From Tubiluchus corallicola (lineage: Eukaryota; Animalia; Priapulida), in contig JAQGDQ010000184.1 in the NCBI GenBank assembly GCA_030141605.1, forward strand, positions 62,001 through 126,000: a stretch of 64,000 nucleotides of DNA, given 5' to 3'. Numbering within the stretch: the first letter of the stretch is position 1; the number at the start of each line of letters is the position of its first letter. Made by a program: the position numbers and the translations under genes. This document shows positions 10,901 through 24,200 of this stretch, piece by piece. Below the pieces are notes generated by a model that was given only the letters and a program-made list of their open reading frames with translations, made no database searches and was not told the origin of the DNA.

Positions 10901-13900
10901 TATTTTGAATAGGTGTGGGTTGAGCTAGGTGAGAAAGCTTTTAGTTTCATTTAGTGTGATATATAGTAACCTGCACTAGCTGCGTGACCATAGATACAAC
11001 TGAATATACTAAAACTTGGTCAGATCATAATTCAGTCACAGTATTATAGTAAACAAGCCTATGACAATGGTTACATCACAGTATTAATGCGATTAAAACA
11101 CTGGCATGGTGCAAAATTACTAATTGCTTTATCACAATTCAACTACAAATAAATCACCCTTTTAATACTCTCTTACTGTTACTTTACTATGATTGTGAGA
11201 CAAATCAAATCAGTTTATTCCACTCCAGCAACACATATACAATGCATCAAGATACAATATGATTAGTATAGGTAAAGAAAATTGATGAAGTCAAATTAGT
11301 CAAATAGAAGAGTTGCTCTATGACATTTTGAAAGCTTGGCTTGTTAAGGTGGCACAAATGAGTGAATGAAGGAACGGTTAGGGTTAGTAGACATGATGGA
11401 ATGGAAAAAATAGTAAAAATAGATTTAGGAAGAAGGAAGGGAGGGGAGGAAATGACCGCAGTGCATGTTTAATTTACATAGAACTATATTAAAATAGTAT
11501 ATTATAAATAATGGGACGCCATTCATTGCGACTGAGTCATAACTAATCATAGTTTCATTATGATTTAACAACGGTCAAATTTCTAGCAGGGGTGAACTAC
11601 ATGTTGATAGTTCAAATGATAAACAAGCACAATTTTTCTGTTTAACTGCAGCTGATGTTTGTAAATACAGCTACTAATATTGGAATATTACTGTACAGTA
11701 CTTTTTGCTGCAGTGACTTTCTGTTCACAAAAGTAGAGCTTGAATTTTTTTATTCATATATGCATTTTAACTAGGAAAAGAAAAAAGAAGAGATGCAGTC
11801 AGTCATTGAAAAAGTTGTTCAAGCCACACCAAAACTTTCATCAGCACAATTGAAGAAATTTGAAGATGAACGAAGAGAAAGGCAAAAGAAAGTGTTTGTG
11901 TGGAAAGTAAGATTGTATATCTTCATTAAGAAAAATTTTACTTGCATTTGTTGTTGAGACCTTACAGTGCATTTTTTATTTGAAGGAATTGAAGAGAAAG
12001 CAAGAAGAAAAAGAACTGCAGGAAGCAAAAGAAAAAGAGTTGAAAGAGAAGAAGCTTAAAAGTCAAGCTGAGCAATTGAGACAGGTATTACAAGTCTGAT
12101 AACAATACGGAGCTAACTTGTCAGCAAATTCATGTTTGCTTTTTTGGATGAAAAATAGTATGCCCACTTTAGATCAAAACACTGTCTGTTATTCCCTGGG
12201 TGGAATTACTATTTCGTCTAATTTGGCATTAGGAGTGCCATCGTGTTGGGCCCACCATTAGTTAGTTTTTTTAGTGCATGCAGTGGGTTTAGTACATGTA
12301 ATGGGCTTACTGCATGCAATGGCCTTACTGCATGCGAGTTTAGTATGTATAATGGGCTTACTGCATGCATTGGGCTGACCACATGAGATGAGTTTACCAC
12401 ATGCATTGGGTTTACTGCATGCAAAGACTTTAGTGCATGTAGTGGGTTTGGTGCATGCCGTAGGCTTAGTGCATACAGTGGGCTTAATGCATGCAGTGGG
12501 CTTAGTGCATCCAATGGGCTTAGTGCATGCAATGGATTTTGCTCTGTATAAATATGGAGCCTTCCCTAGAAATATGCAATAGCAATAGTTGTGTCAGTTT
12601 AATGTAAACAACCTGCAGATTCAGGGTTTCTTCTTATAGTTTTAGAGTATATTATCCTTCATAGTGAGATAGTGTCTTGTCTTACACTGAGCATCCCCTG
12701 CCACTGAGTGCTGGGTGATAGCATTCAAAGTGCTGAATTGTATTTTTTATACACTTTGATACACTACAAGCCATAATCAGAGGCAGGGCGATATGTTTGT
12801 GATTTGACTGGAGCATGTCTTATTCTCAAGGATATCCTAAGTCTAAGGTGAGCCACTGAACCAGCAGAGCTGTCTCACGCATGATCAGGCTCTTTCTACA
12901 AGATGAATAGCCAGAATCAGTATGGCTAATTAAATTTTCAAGAGCGAGTCTTAAATAGCGCGGGTGATCAATATGTAGTACCCCGCCAAAGAAAAAGCTT
13001 GCCCTGAATATCGTGGGCTTGCATAATTACACTGACATAGGTTGAAAACAGAAGTAGCACTTATTTCTGTGTTTACTGTTTATCAAGGGTGGGCATACTG
13101 TTATTCTTCCCAAAACATTAGCTAATCATATTTAATTGTAATGACCTGATTGTAAATGTACAATTGTATTTTTGGATTAAATAAATCTAAATCAACCAGA
13201 GGATCATCTTCATCATAAAACCTTTGATATTTTGATCGTGAACAAAAGATACTTTATTTTGCAGGCACAAATCAAAGCACAAGTTGAGGAGTATCATTTG
13301 CAAAAACAGGAAGAAATTAAAATTTTGGAACGAGAGCTGAAGTTGAAAAATGAAAAGCTAATGGAAGAAAAGAAGCAAGAAATTGCTGCTGAGCTTTCTA
13401 GATTTAGGAGAAGGGTAAGATGTAAGCTTTCAATAGTAATTACTACACTGTCGATTGATTGAACCCTTAATTATTTTTGTGTCAACTAGTCATTTGTTGT
13501 TAAATGAAGTATGACTTATTTTGTTTATTCATTGGCATTGTTAATCGAAGAAGTCTAGCTGCATCTCAGTTACTGATTTCCTGTTCTATCTGCATTACTG
13601 TATTTGAGTAATATTGTCATCAAGTTTGCCTTCTGGTACATAACTGTGAATTCATTCTTTATTAAAACACTGAATTGGAAATCATAGAAGTTCTGTGTGA
13701 TCTATATGTAACTATTAGGATTTAATGTAGCTATAAAAGGAAATGCTTGTGAGAAGCTTTTATATTAGAAATTTTTGCTTTTCGTTAATTGGTTTTGAAG
13801 ATTTATGTGTAAAAGTTTTTATAATTATTTGATACAGCTTAAATTAACTCCATTATTTAGTCAGAAACTATGATTACTTACTAACAGTTTTTTCTCTTGT

Positions 13901-14937
13901 TTAAATATTGTTGTAAAACAAAGGATCGAAAGGCCTTAAAAGAGAAACTAGAGCTTGAGCAAGTGAAAGCACATGAAGCTGAAGAAAAAGAAAAACAATT
14001 GGATTTGTTACGGCAAAAGGTAACTTATTTTAACATAATTATTAATAACTTAAGTAAAAAATAGTCAAAATATTGCCTTTTAAGTCTCAGACTCACTTTA
14101 ATGTATAGCCTTCAATCTTTTGAACTTAATTAGGTACAATTGTGTCTAATAGGTGCGTTAATAGCTACAGTGCATTAATATATGTAGTTTCTACAATCTA
14201 CAGGAATTATCTGAAAAAAATATTTTTCAAGTCTTTTTCGGACATTCATTGGCAGTTGGTCGTAAATGACAGCATTCAGTTTCTTTAAAGAAATACTGGC
14301 TTTTTTGTTTTTTTTGTGTTAATTATGTGAATTTCTTACAATTTGCTAAATAATTATACTTTTAAGTTTTTATAATGTTTTTAAAATCAGTTATGCACTT
14401 ATGCACTTTGCTGTTGTCAACAGTTGTGTGATTCATAAGCTGTCTGAGTATTTTATACTTCATATTGTGTGTGATGGTGACAGAGGCCTTTATTTTTAAA
14501 TAAACAAATTAAATTATATTAAATTTATGTTTTTGTAATGATGTAAATTGTTTTTGTAAGGTTAAATCAAAATTAACCACAGAACGAGATCCAACCAGGC
14601 TGCTACAGCCAACTAAACTGTGGGAAGAAAGGCAAAAACAAAAAGAAGAAAATCCAACTGAAGAAGTACCCCAAAATTTTGTTATTCCTCATAGGTATAA
14701 AGTTGTGTTAACTTGTTTTTTATATTATCTTTTTCATGAGCAGTAATTGACAGTGCCCGATAGTATTTCTGCAGTGCTCTGTAAGCCAGTTTATGTCTCT
14801 TGATGTAAAATTATTTAGTAGAAAACTGATGAGATTAACATTAATTTAATTAGAGGTTGACAGTAATGTTAAAGCTGTAGTAAGTTAAATTTGACATTTT
14901 TTATAGGGCAGTGCCTGTTTGGAGAGACGGTCTATAG
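4926..14937 (+). CDS. CCDC112: Coiled-coil domain-containing protein 112 (spliced, 5' end unresolved)
   Basis: Phase-consistent GT-AG exons 4926-5041, 6029-6118, 6624-6699, 7971-8157, 9894-9980, 10742-10891, 11775-11906, 11986-12084, 13265-13414, 13924-14019, 14561-14694 and 14907-14937. Motifs matching CCDC112: TPDFVAKL, GGHTGMWEESDHQVF, WYKKYLELVESKK, ELSRF, RDPTRLLQPTKLWEER and IPHRAVPVWRDGL*. Confidence 0.92.
5235..5352. mobile_element. Short inverted-repeat element with internal TTAGGG-like tract (copy 1)
   Basis: Ends ttacaatttcccacac and gtgtgtggaattgtaa flank ttagggttagggtttgggttaaggctagagttagggtt. A related copy lies inverted at 44974-45069. Confidence 0.7.
6839..7074. mobile_element. 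Degraded hAT-like MITE remnant
   Basis: Internal (g/c)ggat(c/g) repeats and a right end ggatccgctcatctttg resembling hAT-type termini. The left terminus is decayed and I found no TSD. Confidence 0.4.
7370..7755 (+). mobile_element. L2 LINE 3' end fragment
   Basis: Encodes HRAFAVIATQLWNDLPLSL...LKAHLF (one frameshift), followed by an L2-like tail gtaaagcacattgag...tgcactatataag and (tta)n. Confidence 0.75.
8398..9024. mobile_element. hAT-family non-autonomous element (MITE)
   Basis: TIRs TAGGGATGTTAATGATA and TATCATTTAACATCCCTA. Perfect 8-bp TSD GTGTGCCA at 8390-8397 and 9025-9032. Confidence 0.92.
9222..9769. mobile_element. pogo/Tigger-like (Tc1-mariner) MITE
   Basis: Right end gaggttgactg followed by TA, and many subterminal gtcccttata(n)ccga repeats at both ends. 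The left terminus is degraded. Confidence 0.7.
12271..12535. repeat. 18-bp minisatellite, about 15 degenerate copies
   Basis: Unit approximately gggcttagtgcatgcaat, in a CCDC112 intron. It produces the 6-aa periodic ORFs on both strands. Confidence 0.9.
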
Positions 14938-17212
14938 TCCCAGCTGAACAAGAATGGCAGAATGGCATCACTACCCTCAAAATTGTGTCATTAAGAAATA
15001 AGAATTAGACAGTGAGGCGTATATTTGCTGTATCTAATTTCTGCAATGTTAGACAGTCTAATGAATCAGGTTTTTGTACATTTTGTAAAATCTTTATGTA
15101 CTAGCAAATGTCCATTTGTATTGTTCATAAGCTGTAAAAGACAACATGCAGTGGAATTTTGATAGCTGTCTTTCGGAATAATTTGTGTCCTTAAGAGAAA
15201 AAGTTTCACAAATGTTAGTGATAATGTTAATAATTTAGGATCTGTGATCATGTGACCCTTTCATATGGTATTAATCAACACTTTGAAGTCGGTATCAAGA
15301 AGCATTCTTGCAAATTTGAAATTTTCATTTTTGTACCATGTGCAGCCGAAGAACAATTACTAAAATGCTGTCGTCATCCTTATTACGTTTTCTGTATCCA
15401 GTTGCTTGCATTTTTTGCAACACGTACGTCAAAATACGTGTATCCACATGTAGGCTTAATTGACTAATTTGCAAGCAAAATGTCACATCTTTGTTAATTT
15501 TGATTACTGTAATTATGAACCAAAAAGGTGAAAAACCTGAATAAAAGTTAATGTAAAAAATGCAAACTTAGTATTCAATTAAGTTGCTTGCTTGTATTTT
15601 CTGATTATAAATTTGTTTCTATAATCACAATTTTTATTGTTGATTTTTGTGAAAGACTGTATTATAGTCGTCTTTTTATTTATATCATAAAAGTAATGAG
15701 ATGGAATTAATAGCATTTGTATTTCTGAATGTAAGTACAGTCATTCATTTTAGGTTTTGACAGTATCAGTTACAATTATCACTTAAATGGTGTTACTTCT
15801 GAGGTTTCATCTTAAATGAGATTTCGGGTGTAAAATTCTAAAGTTTAGTTGCAACTGATTGTAACTATATAGTTGTTAAGAACGGACTTGCAATGTTGGT
15901 TATCACTTTTCGGACAAAATTACTCCACATCAAATTAAGGCTACTGACTTGTGTCATTAATTTTGTCATTTTGGAGCCTTTACTCTCAAGGACAATGATA
16001 TGGGTTATAGTATGTATAAAACAGGTTTTCACACAGGTGCAGAGATGGCTCAGCTTTAATGTCCCAAATGAAAACTTTATGAAGGTAGTACCAATATGAA
16101 ACTATTTGTGTGGCCTTTATCTTCGTAGTTATTATTGTTTTACTCTGTCCTGAAGACATGAATTGACATTGTTGCGCAAAAGTTATTGTCCCCTACAGCA
16201 CATAATTATTTTATACTTTTCTGCCTGCATATTATGTACGTTGTCTTTATGAAGATGGGTGTATGCATCAAGATAGAGTAACGAATCCTTAATGTCATCA
16301 CAAGGAAACAAGTAATTCACATGTCGATTTCTGAAAAGTGCACTTCTCTTCCAGGAAAAACAAAATGCACATGTTTTGACTTTCATTTATACAAATAAAC
16401 ATAAATATAAATGAATTTAAAAAAGGGCTATGAGGGTTTGATTTTGGCAAGCACATACTAATGTTGAGGGTAAGTGACTATGATCTTGAAACAGGATGAG
16501 GAAGGTACTCAAAATACCTTTTCAAGAAAGACAATGCCGTTCCTATAAAAACTCCAAAAATGATACTAAAATAGAAGATGAACTACATTTTACTTTAATT
16601 GCTCTGTGACTCTTACAACTGATAACAGAAGAATCTACTAAAACAGAAAGCACAACCTGTCGCTCTGCAGTAATATAACAATATTTCACTTTCATGCAAT
16701 ATATTATAACACTGATTTGGTGATTCCTCTTTGATGAATTCATTTTGAAAAAATTTAAATTTAGAAAACATTTTCATTAAAATGCCAAAATAATATTGGT
16801 TGCTACATACACATCAGTGAAATGTAAATGAGCATTTATTGTACTTTCATAAGTTGTCATGTCATGATGTTACCTTTTTTGTTAGCAGTTATAAGCATTA
16901 TTACCATCTGTAATTTAAGATGATACCAGTTTTTGCATTATAGCAATGTAGCCTAGGTTTATGTAAATACTGTGTCATCCCACTATAATATTTTGTATTT
17001 TGTCAAATTTATATTTTTGAATAATAATTGTACTTTCTAAGTGTATTGCCAATATGCTAGAAGGGTATTTGTGTAAATAAACTGAATTGAATAACACTTT
17101 TAAAATAATATTTGGTCAATATTTATTAATAAGGAAGCTCACGATTCATGAACTCTATGAAAGAATGTGAGTCCATAGGATTATTTATATGGAAAGTATT
17201 AGAGCAGTGCGA

Positions 17213-17315
17213 CGGAAGTATAAATAAAGCCCAATGAAATAAACATTTTAGGCCTACTCGAATCTTCGGCCATCACTAGAGTAGCTAATGACGTCATACC
17301 ATTTGAGTTATGGCG
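17213..17315 (+). promoter_or_regulatory. Candidate RNA polymerase II promoter
   Basis: CGGAAGT (ETS, 17213), CCAAT (17231), perfect CRE TGACGTCA (17289) and ATGGCG (YY1-like, 17310) within about 100 bp, just after AATAAA at 17076. Confidence 0.45.
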
Positions 17316-17399
17316 CTTATTTTTTTTAAAACTGGGTATACTAGTTAATTTGTTTAGATTTCAGTGATTGTTAGTTATATAATATCATCTTTTGTTGTT

Positions 17400-20300
17400 A
17401 GTCCTCGTGAGAATATTTCGTACACCCAACGTAATGATGTTTGTATTGCTCTTGACGACATAGAAGTTTTATTATTATTAATACTTTTTGTGTCTCAGAT
17501 ATCTTTGTTCTCAGCGAAATCAAATTGCTATTGAATTATGCTGTCATAGTGACACTATTGTCTCTGGTGATTTCAATCTTCCAAACCTGATACGGCCTGA
17601 TCCTGTTCCATATATCCCTTTAGACGTGTTGTTCTTAGAAACTGTACACGATAATCTTCTTACGCAAATGTTGATTTTCCTACTAGAAACAAATTATCTT
17701 GAATACTTATTGTCAAACTGTCCAGATCGTTTAAATTTATTGTGCGCCAAGCCTGGTTTTTCTTCTAGTGACCATGACACTAGTATTTTCTTGTGTGTAG
17801 AATGCATCTATTCATATCAGGTAAATCGCCTTTGTAGAGATTATAATAAAACCTCTCTTCCCCAAATTGAGATTATTTTGCTAGTACTAGTAGTATTGTT
17901 TGGTACAATGAGTTAATTGCTTGTGATATAAATAGCTGTTGGAACTTCTATGATAAATATAATTATGCAGTAAATACTTTCGTACCTCTAAAGGGAACCT
18001 CTTCCAATGATCGTAAATATGCTTGTGCCCCTTGGGAAAAGGATTCTGTTGTTATTAAAGCTAAAGCTAATAAAAGTCGCCTTTGGAACTTGTGGCATGT
18101 GACTTCTTTAAATACAGTAGGCGCCGCTTAATAGACTCACTTTGGGACGGAAGTGTTTTGACCCTACTAACCGATGGGTGCTGTATTACTATGCTTATTA
18201 CCAGCTTACTATGCACTGTAAAGGGTTTAATGAATTTTAGAAATGAAGTAATGCTTAAATTCCTTTGTGTAGTTAAAAATTAGTCCGACGTGTTTTGACC
18301 CAATTAATCGGCTGAACCTATTAACTGATTGGTGTATTATTACTGGTATAAAAGCATGAATCATCAGCTTATTATGGACTGCAAAGGTTTTTAATGATTT
18401 TTAGAAATGAAGTGCTGTGTAAATTCTTTTGTGCAGTTAAAATTTAAAAAAATATATTTCAAAATATTAATTTATAGAAATGAATTAGCAATAAATTAAA
18501 AAGTATACTTTTCTAGATCACACAAGTCTAATTATTTGCTTAAATTACAAAAATTCTTTCAAAATTGCCTGCTTCATTTTATCGCAAAGAAGTTGGCTCA
18601 CAAAGTTCTGATAATAATAAAAACATTGAAAACCTGTTGTTGTATGGTGCACAAATTCTCGTAAAATACGTAGTGCTTGGCGTGCTTAAACTGTTGGTGG
18701 TGCCCGTGTTTCCCTGCAGCTTAGTTTGTAGTTTCATCTAAGATCCTGCTTGCTATTGTGATGTGCTGTACTGTACCTGTAGATGTGTCCCTAGCATAAC
18801 AGCAGCAACTAACTGATTAAACTTTCTGTCAAAGACAGCCAGACCTTCAAAAGCAAACATATAAGCAAGTGATTAAATGTTTAGCTTCCAAGAGTTCTTG
18901 GGTAACAAGCTTAATTGCAGTGGACGGGCGGGTCAAAGCAAACCATTAGGCTAGCATATTAGCGTATAATAAACATTCTTGCGTACAAACAAAACGGTTC
19001 TTAACATGATTGTTTCTATTTATATTATAGGACGAAAGCGAACTAAGATAATATAAAAGCCATAAAAGCTTATTTGTCACACAAAAGTGTCTGAAGCATG
19101 TGAAGCAAAAATATTGAGTCAATTATGCGAAGTTATTTGAGTCAATTACCGACAGTTTTTATGTACATTTGAATAAAAGCAGCCCATACCAGGTGTTTTT
19201 GAGTCAATTAAGCGATTGAGTCTATTAAGCGGCTCCCACTGTAGTGTGAAAGCTGAATATACGCGAGCTTCTCAACATTTGAGACAATCTATCTTTGATG
19301 TTTGAAAGCAGTATGAAGAAAAACTAGCTAGTAACATCAGAAAGAATGGCAAAGATTTTTTCATTATTTCAAACCCGTGAATCATATAAGCAGTATTGTA
19401 AAACAAGTGATTGTCACCGTTCCTGCCACTATTGCTTCTACCATAAATGATACTTTTTGCCTCTTTTTTTTACCTAAGAACCTGAGGACATTGAATTACC
19501 CGTCCCATCTGATGGTTGCAATTGCAGTAGTATTTATTTAATTAATGTTGTCTTTTCGATAAATGAAGTGTATCTGAAACTCATTATTAAGTTGTAGCCT
19601 TTTAAAGCCACAGGCCCAGACAATGTTCATGGTTTTATTCTCAGGACCTGTGCCCTCAAACTTTACCACTGTTTTTGATTTTTAAGAAAAGTCTTGACTC
19701 TTCCGAAGTTCCTTTGAACTGGCTTGACTCAAATGTCACTCCTATTCCGAAGAAATCTTAAAGACCCATTTCTTTAACATCAGTTGTTACCAAATGCCTT
19801 GAGTCCATTATATGGGATGAGGTACTTCTATTTCTTGTCAGTTCTGAGCGTATTTGCAAAAGTCAGCATGGCTCTTTGCCAAATCGCTCTGTTGTAACTA
19901 ATTTACTCTCTTGCTTAAATAAATGGACTGTAAATTTTTTGGTACTATTCTTACCTGGTATTGATATTTTATACTTAGACTTTACAAAAGCTTTTGACTT
20001 CGTGTCTCTAAGATGGCTACTGCTCAAGATGGAGTTCTCAGGAATCTGTGGTTATTTATTAAAGTGGTTTGATTTTTTCTCAACTCATCGTTATGAATGG
20101 TATGACTACAAGTTGGCAACCAGTGGCTAGTGGAATCCCTTAGTAGGTACCCTTAGTGGCCCTTACTGTTTTCTTATTTTTATAAATGACATTACTAATT
20201 GTGTGACTCTTGATGAGCATCCCTTTATTTGTAGATCTATGATCTTCAGCTCTATCGCCCAAATTATGAAAGGACTCAGTTTTACAAGAACAAGATTTCT

Positions 20301-20480
20301 TCTCAAGACCATGCAGAGAACTACAAGGCCATGATTCCAAACTCTTCTTCAAATATAGCCGAACCAGCATCCCTTCTCAGCGTTTTGCTTCTCGTGTGGC
20401 CCATCCATGGTACTCACTCTCAGCTGATACTGTCAATGCACCATCTATCGATAAATTTAAAATGAATATGAGAAGGGAGC
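17400..20480 (+). mobile_element. Decayed CR1-type LINE ORF2 (endonuclease plus RT), split by a MITE
   Basis: APE motifs GDFNLP and SDH; linker YEEKLASNIRKN; RT motifs KATGPDNV, RPISLTSVVTKCLE, QHG, YLDFTKAFD and GPLLFLIFINDI; C-terminal GHDSKL...TVNAPSIDKFK. Many stops and frameshifts. Confidence 0.9.
18115..19241. mobile_element. pogo/Tigger-like MITE nested in the LINE
   Basis: 25-bp TIRs CAGTAGGCGCCGCTTAATAGACTCA and TGAGTCTATTAAGCGGCTCCCACTG (2 mismatches), with TA on both sides. It has an internal duplication of about 165 bp. Confidence 0.9.
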
Positions 20481-20691
20481 CGTATACGAGTTATATACTG
20501 TATATGTCATTGTAAAGAAGTTTGTAAAGAAGATTATTTTTAATTTTATTGAAATTAATCGTGACAAAGACAAAAATATCGTGCTTGGATATATAGATCA
20601 ACCAATGGGTAACACTCTTCTAAGATTCACCAATAAATTGTCCTGTATTTTGACTGATATTAATAACAGTGATAACAGTGATGACTTAAAC

Positions 20692-20781
20692 TACTTGTAA
20701 TAATGATGCTAATATACATGTGTGTGTGTGTGTGTGTGTGTGCGCACGTGCGTGTGTATATTAGCATCATTATTACAAGTA
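20692..20781. repeat. Perfect 27-bp inverted repeat around a (TG)n microsatellite
   Basis: TACTTGTAATAATGATGCTAATATACA (20692-20718) and its exact reverse complement (20755-20781). Confidence 0.92.
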
Positions 20782-21262
20782 ATTTAACATATCTTATTTA
20801 ACACGTATACATATATATGTATGTATGTGTATGTATGTATGTATGTATTTATTGATATGTTTCACTCAATATACTGCAGTATTTACTCACAATATGTTAA
20901 AAAACAAAAAATTGTCAATTATTAGACTCAAAAAACCTTGGATTATTTTTAGAAAATCAATCAAACTCAAAAATTGCTCATATAAATTAGTTATGTACTA
21001 CAGTAAATACAGTAGACACTACTAGCTACAGAAAATTTCATAACAAATTACACAACTTACTAAAACATAAAAATAAATGCTATAGGAACTCATTTATCGG
21101 ATACTAACTTTATTGATCAGTCACTAGTAAAATTTCAATTTTACTTTGTGATGCTCATAGAATTCACTGTAGCATTAGCTTATTATTTCTATGATTACTT
21201 ATGATTAACTAAGCTATATTTTATAATATAGTTAGTCGGCCAAAAATAACTTTGAATGAACA

Positions 21263-24200
21263 ATGGCCAAGATAAGTCGTGGAAGGAAGAGAAAATCAAA
21301 CGTGGCAGGTGAACTTCGACAGTATGGGAGTCTGTCACCAAATGTGAAAAATATGACAAGGCAGGAGAGCCCTGTAAAAGCTGGCCGGGTGGCAAAGCAC
21401 AGAAGTAGAGTCAAATCCTCTGACAACTCTCAGTCTAAAGTACGTTTTTGGACATTATTTCTGTGTATGTAAGATTTATTTAATTAATGTAAGACATTCC
21501 ACAGCAATGACTAGATATTGGTAGCTTCCATTACCCATTTAGTGACCAACTACCTTATGCATCAACAACAAGCTACCACAGTTGCTAAAATTTTCAACAG
21601 TTTCAGCCAAATTTGACTATCAAGTAACTAATACATGCCAGGGTTTAATTTTTTAAGTGAAAGGTTATTAATATTAATGTGTCTTAGTTAATGCAAAAAT
21701 GTTATTTAAATGATCATGTTTGTGCAGTTTTTGTATAGAGCAAATACAGCACTTTGAAACAAGATTAATTATAGAAGTAAATATGAAAAAGTTACTTTTA
21801 CTTTTTTGTCTGCCATTTTCATGAGTTCAGTGAGATGTGTCTTCATACTGTTGCGGCATATGCGCTTTAAGTACTGATTAAAAAACAACGTTGATTTGTG
21901 ACTTCTCTGCAGTTTCCAAATAAACAAATTACAGAGTGACTATTCTCTAGCTATTTGTTACCAGAAAGCTTTCAGCTAAGAAGTCAGTTTTTCAATTTTT
22001 TATGCATAGAACAATGACATAAACTGGCAACCAGCTGCTACAGTACTGCAACATCTAAAAAGCCCATTCTCTCCAGGGCCAGCTGCGAGGACTCGAAGTT
22101 CGATGTATGCAAAAAGACGTGCAACGATGCAGCCTAACAGTCCTGCATTGACAAAGTTGAGAGAAAAACTTGTTGTAAGTTAATTTTAAATTAGAAATTG
22201 AATTTTAAATAGAAAGGTGTGAACAGGGTAAGCTAGTGCATTTGAACACAGAAAACACAAGTTCTTTAATACGATATACAATTTGCAAGGCTCTTTAACT
22301 GTTCCTTATTAATTATTGTAAAATTTTGTGCTTACTTACAGTAAATGTTTTTCAGGCTAGTACATAATCTATATTGGACAGTGCTGTGTATTGCTGATTA
22401 ATTTAAAGTCTCTTCTTTACTGGCCCCATACGACCCCAAAAGAAAACTGAACAGAACTGCAGAAAAAACTGGAGCAGCACTTTTCTATGGCCCGTATTCT
22501 TCAGTTTGTTATTTAGTCCAAAGCAGGCAATGGTACACCCTCCAACAATCACAGTTGTTGATGCCCCACAGTCATTTAACTATTCATCGTGATTGAATTG
22601 GGGTTTTGTTGTGTAACATGGTTTTACAAGTTTTACTGAGTGCTTAGAAATTTAGTGCTGTGATTTTTCTTAAAGCTCAGCCTCTTTTTTACAGCCAACT
22701 GATGTTATCATTTCTCCTAAGAAGTCTCTCAGGCGACACAGTGTTGCAGTCGGACGTAAGCTTAGAACATCAAGCATGGCGGCGCCACAGCAGATTCCCA
22801 CTATAGATGAGTTTGCTGTTCCATTAGCTTTATCTCAGAAAACCACCAGGTTGTCCAGGAGGAGCTCCAATCGGAGAAGTGTGGTGCCTACGAGCACTTC
22901 AATGTTAAATGATGGTGATGTATTGCAGGAAAGCGAAGTAGTTACTGACGCAGTTGATAAATTGGATGCTAACTCATCTTGCATGATAACACTGACTCAA
23001 AGAACTTCCCTGTCACCTAATAGACTCGGTAGAAATGACATTAAAGCTGTTGTTAGCCCAAAAGTGTCCAAGCATCGTCTAGTTGATGCTAGTGTCTCTT
23101 CTACTGTCAGAACTGTGCAAAGTGTTAGTGTTACCAGTCTTAGAGAAAGGCGACAGGGTTTGAGATATTCTCTGCATCAGGACTTACCGAAACCTAAACG
23201 GTCCAGTGATCTGAAGCTGACTGCAGCAAGAAAGTCACGTAAGAAAGACAAGCAGAGACGATATACGCAAGTAAAAGTAAAAGCAGCAGCATCTGTAAGG
23301 AAATCAGAATCACGTGATTTAACTCCACAAAAGAAAAAGGATATTTCTGTAGTAAAGAAATCCAAAGGTCGAAAGTCTGTTGTCAAAGTAAACAGCCAGC
23401 CCAGGAGGACTCCAACATCAACTGCACTGCATCATCTCGGCCAGAAGTTAGCTAATGCAGGACACGTGAAAACTTCAAACAAAAATGATTTATCATTGCA
23501 GCCGAAAATGCCAAAGGAAGTTTATCAGAGCGAATCACCTAGAAAGGCAGCCACTCCCCACTCTTGTCTATCTCCTCGATCTCAACAGCGACTGAAAGAA
23601 ATGCGGTCACCCAGTTTGCCAGTTCGTTCTGCGTCTGCTTCATTGAATTCGCCAAACAAGCCTGCTGAAAGATCATCGACAAATCTTGGTAAAAGGATTC
23701 ACACACCTCATTGTCACAAGAAGCAGGCCAGTGAAAAATCGATACCCATAAGCATGTCTTCTGACAATTTGTCCACAAAAACTGGGAGGAAATTTGATCC
23801 TCCTAGATCTTACAAAAAGTGTGCAGATAAACAGCTGAACCCCAGATCATCTAGTTACGCTTCATCTGCCTTACTAAATTCAAACAGCAAATCCCTAGAA
23901 ACTAATAATTTGTCGAGAAAAACTGCCACACATCGGCGTCATGAAAAACAGTCCAGCGAAATGTCAAAATTGTACTCGCCTACGAAAACCGGCAAAACTT
24001 TACAGTTGAAAGAAAAAGAGGGTCGGAAAGTAAACCAGTTAACTGTACCTTTTAACAAGCATCTTAGGCCAATGCATAAGAGAGGTCGCAGGAGTAATGA
24101 AACGTCACATTCTCTTCCCTCAACACCAAGGGCAGGTCTTAGAAATAAAAAAACACCAAAGTCTTCAACATCGTTTACTAGTGCTGTGTCTAAACCAGGA

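Noticed and set aside
12218-12582. Periodic ORFs (HALSPL / HAVGLV) or a CRISPR-like array
   Set aside because: They are translations of an 18-bp tandem repeat with no unique spacers, inside an intron, and no cas genes are present.
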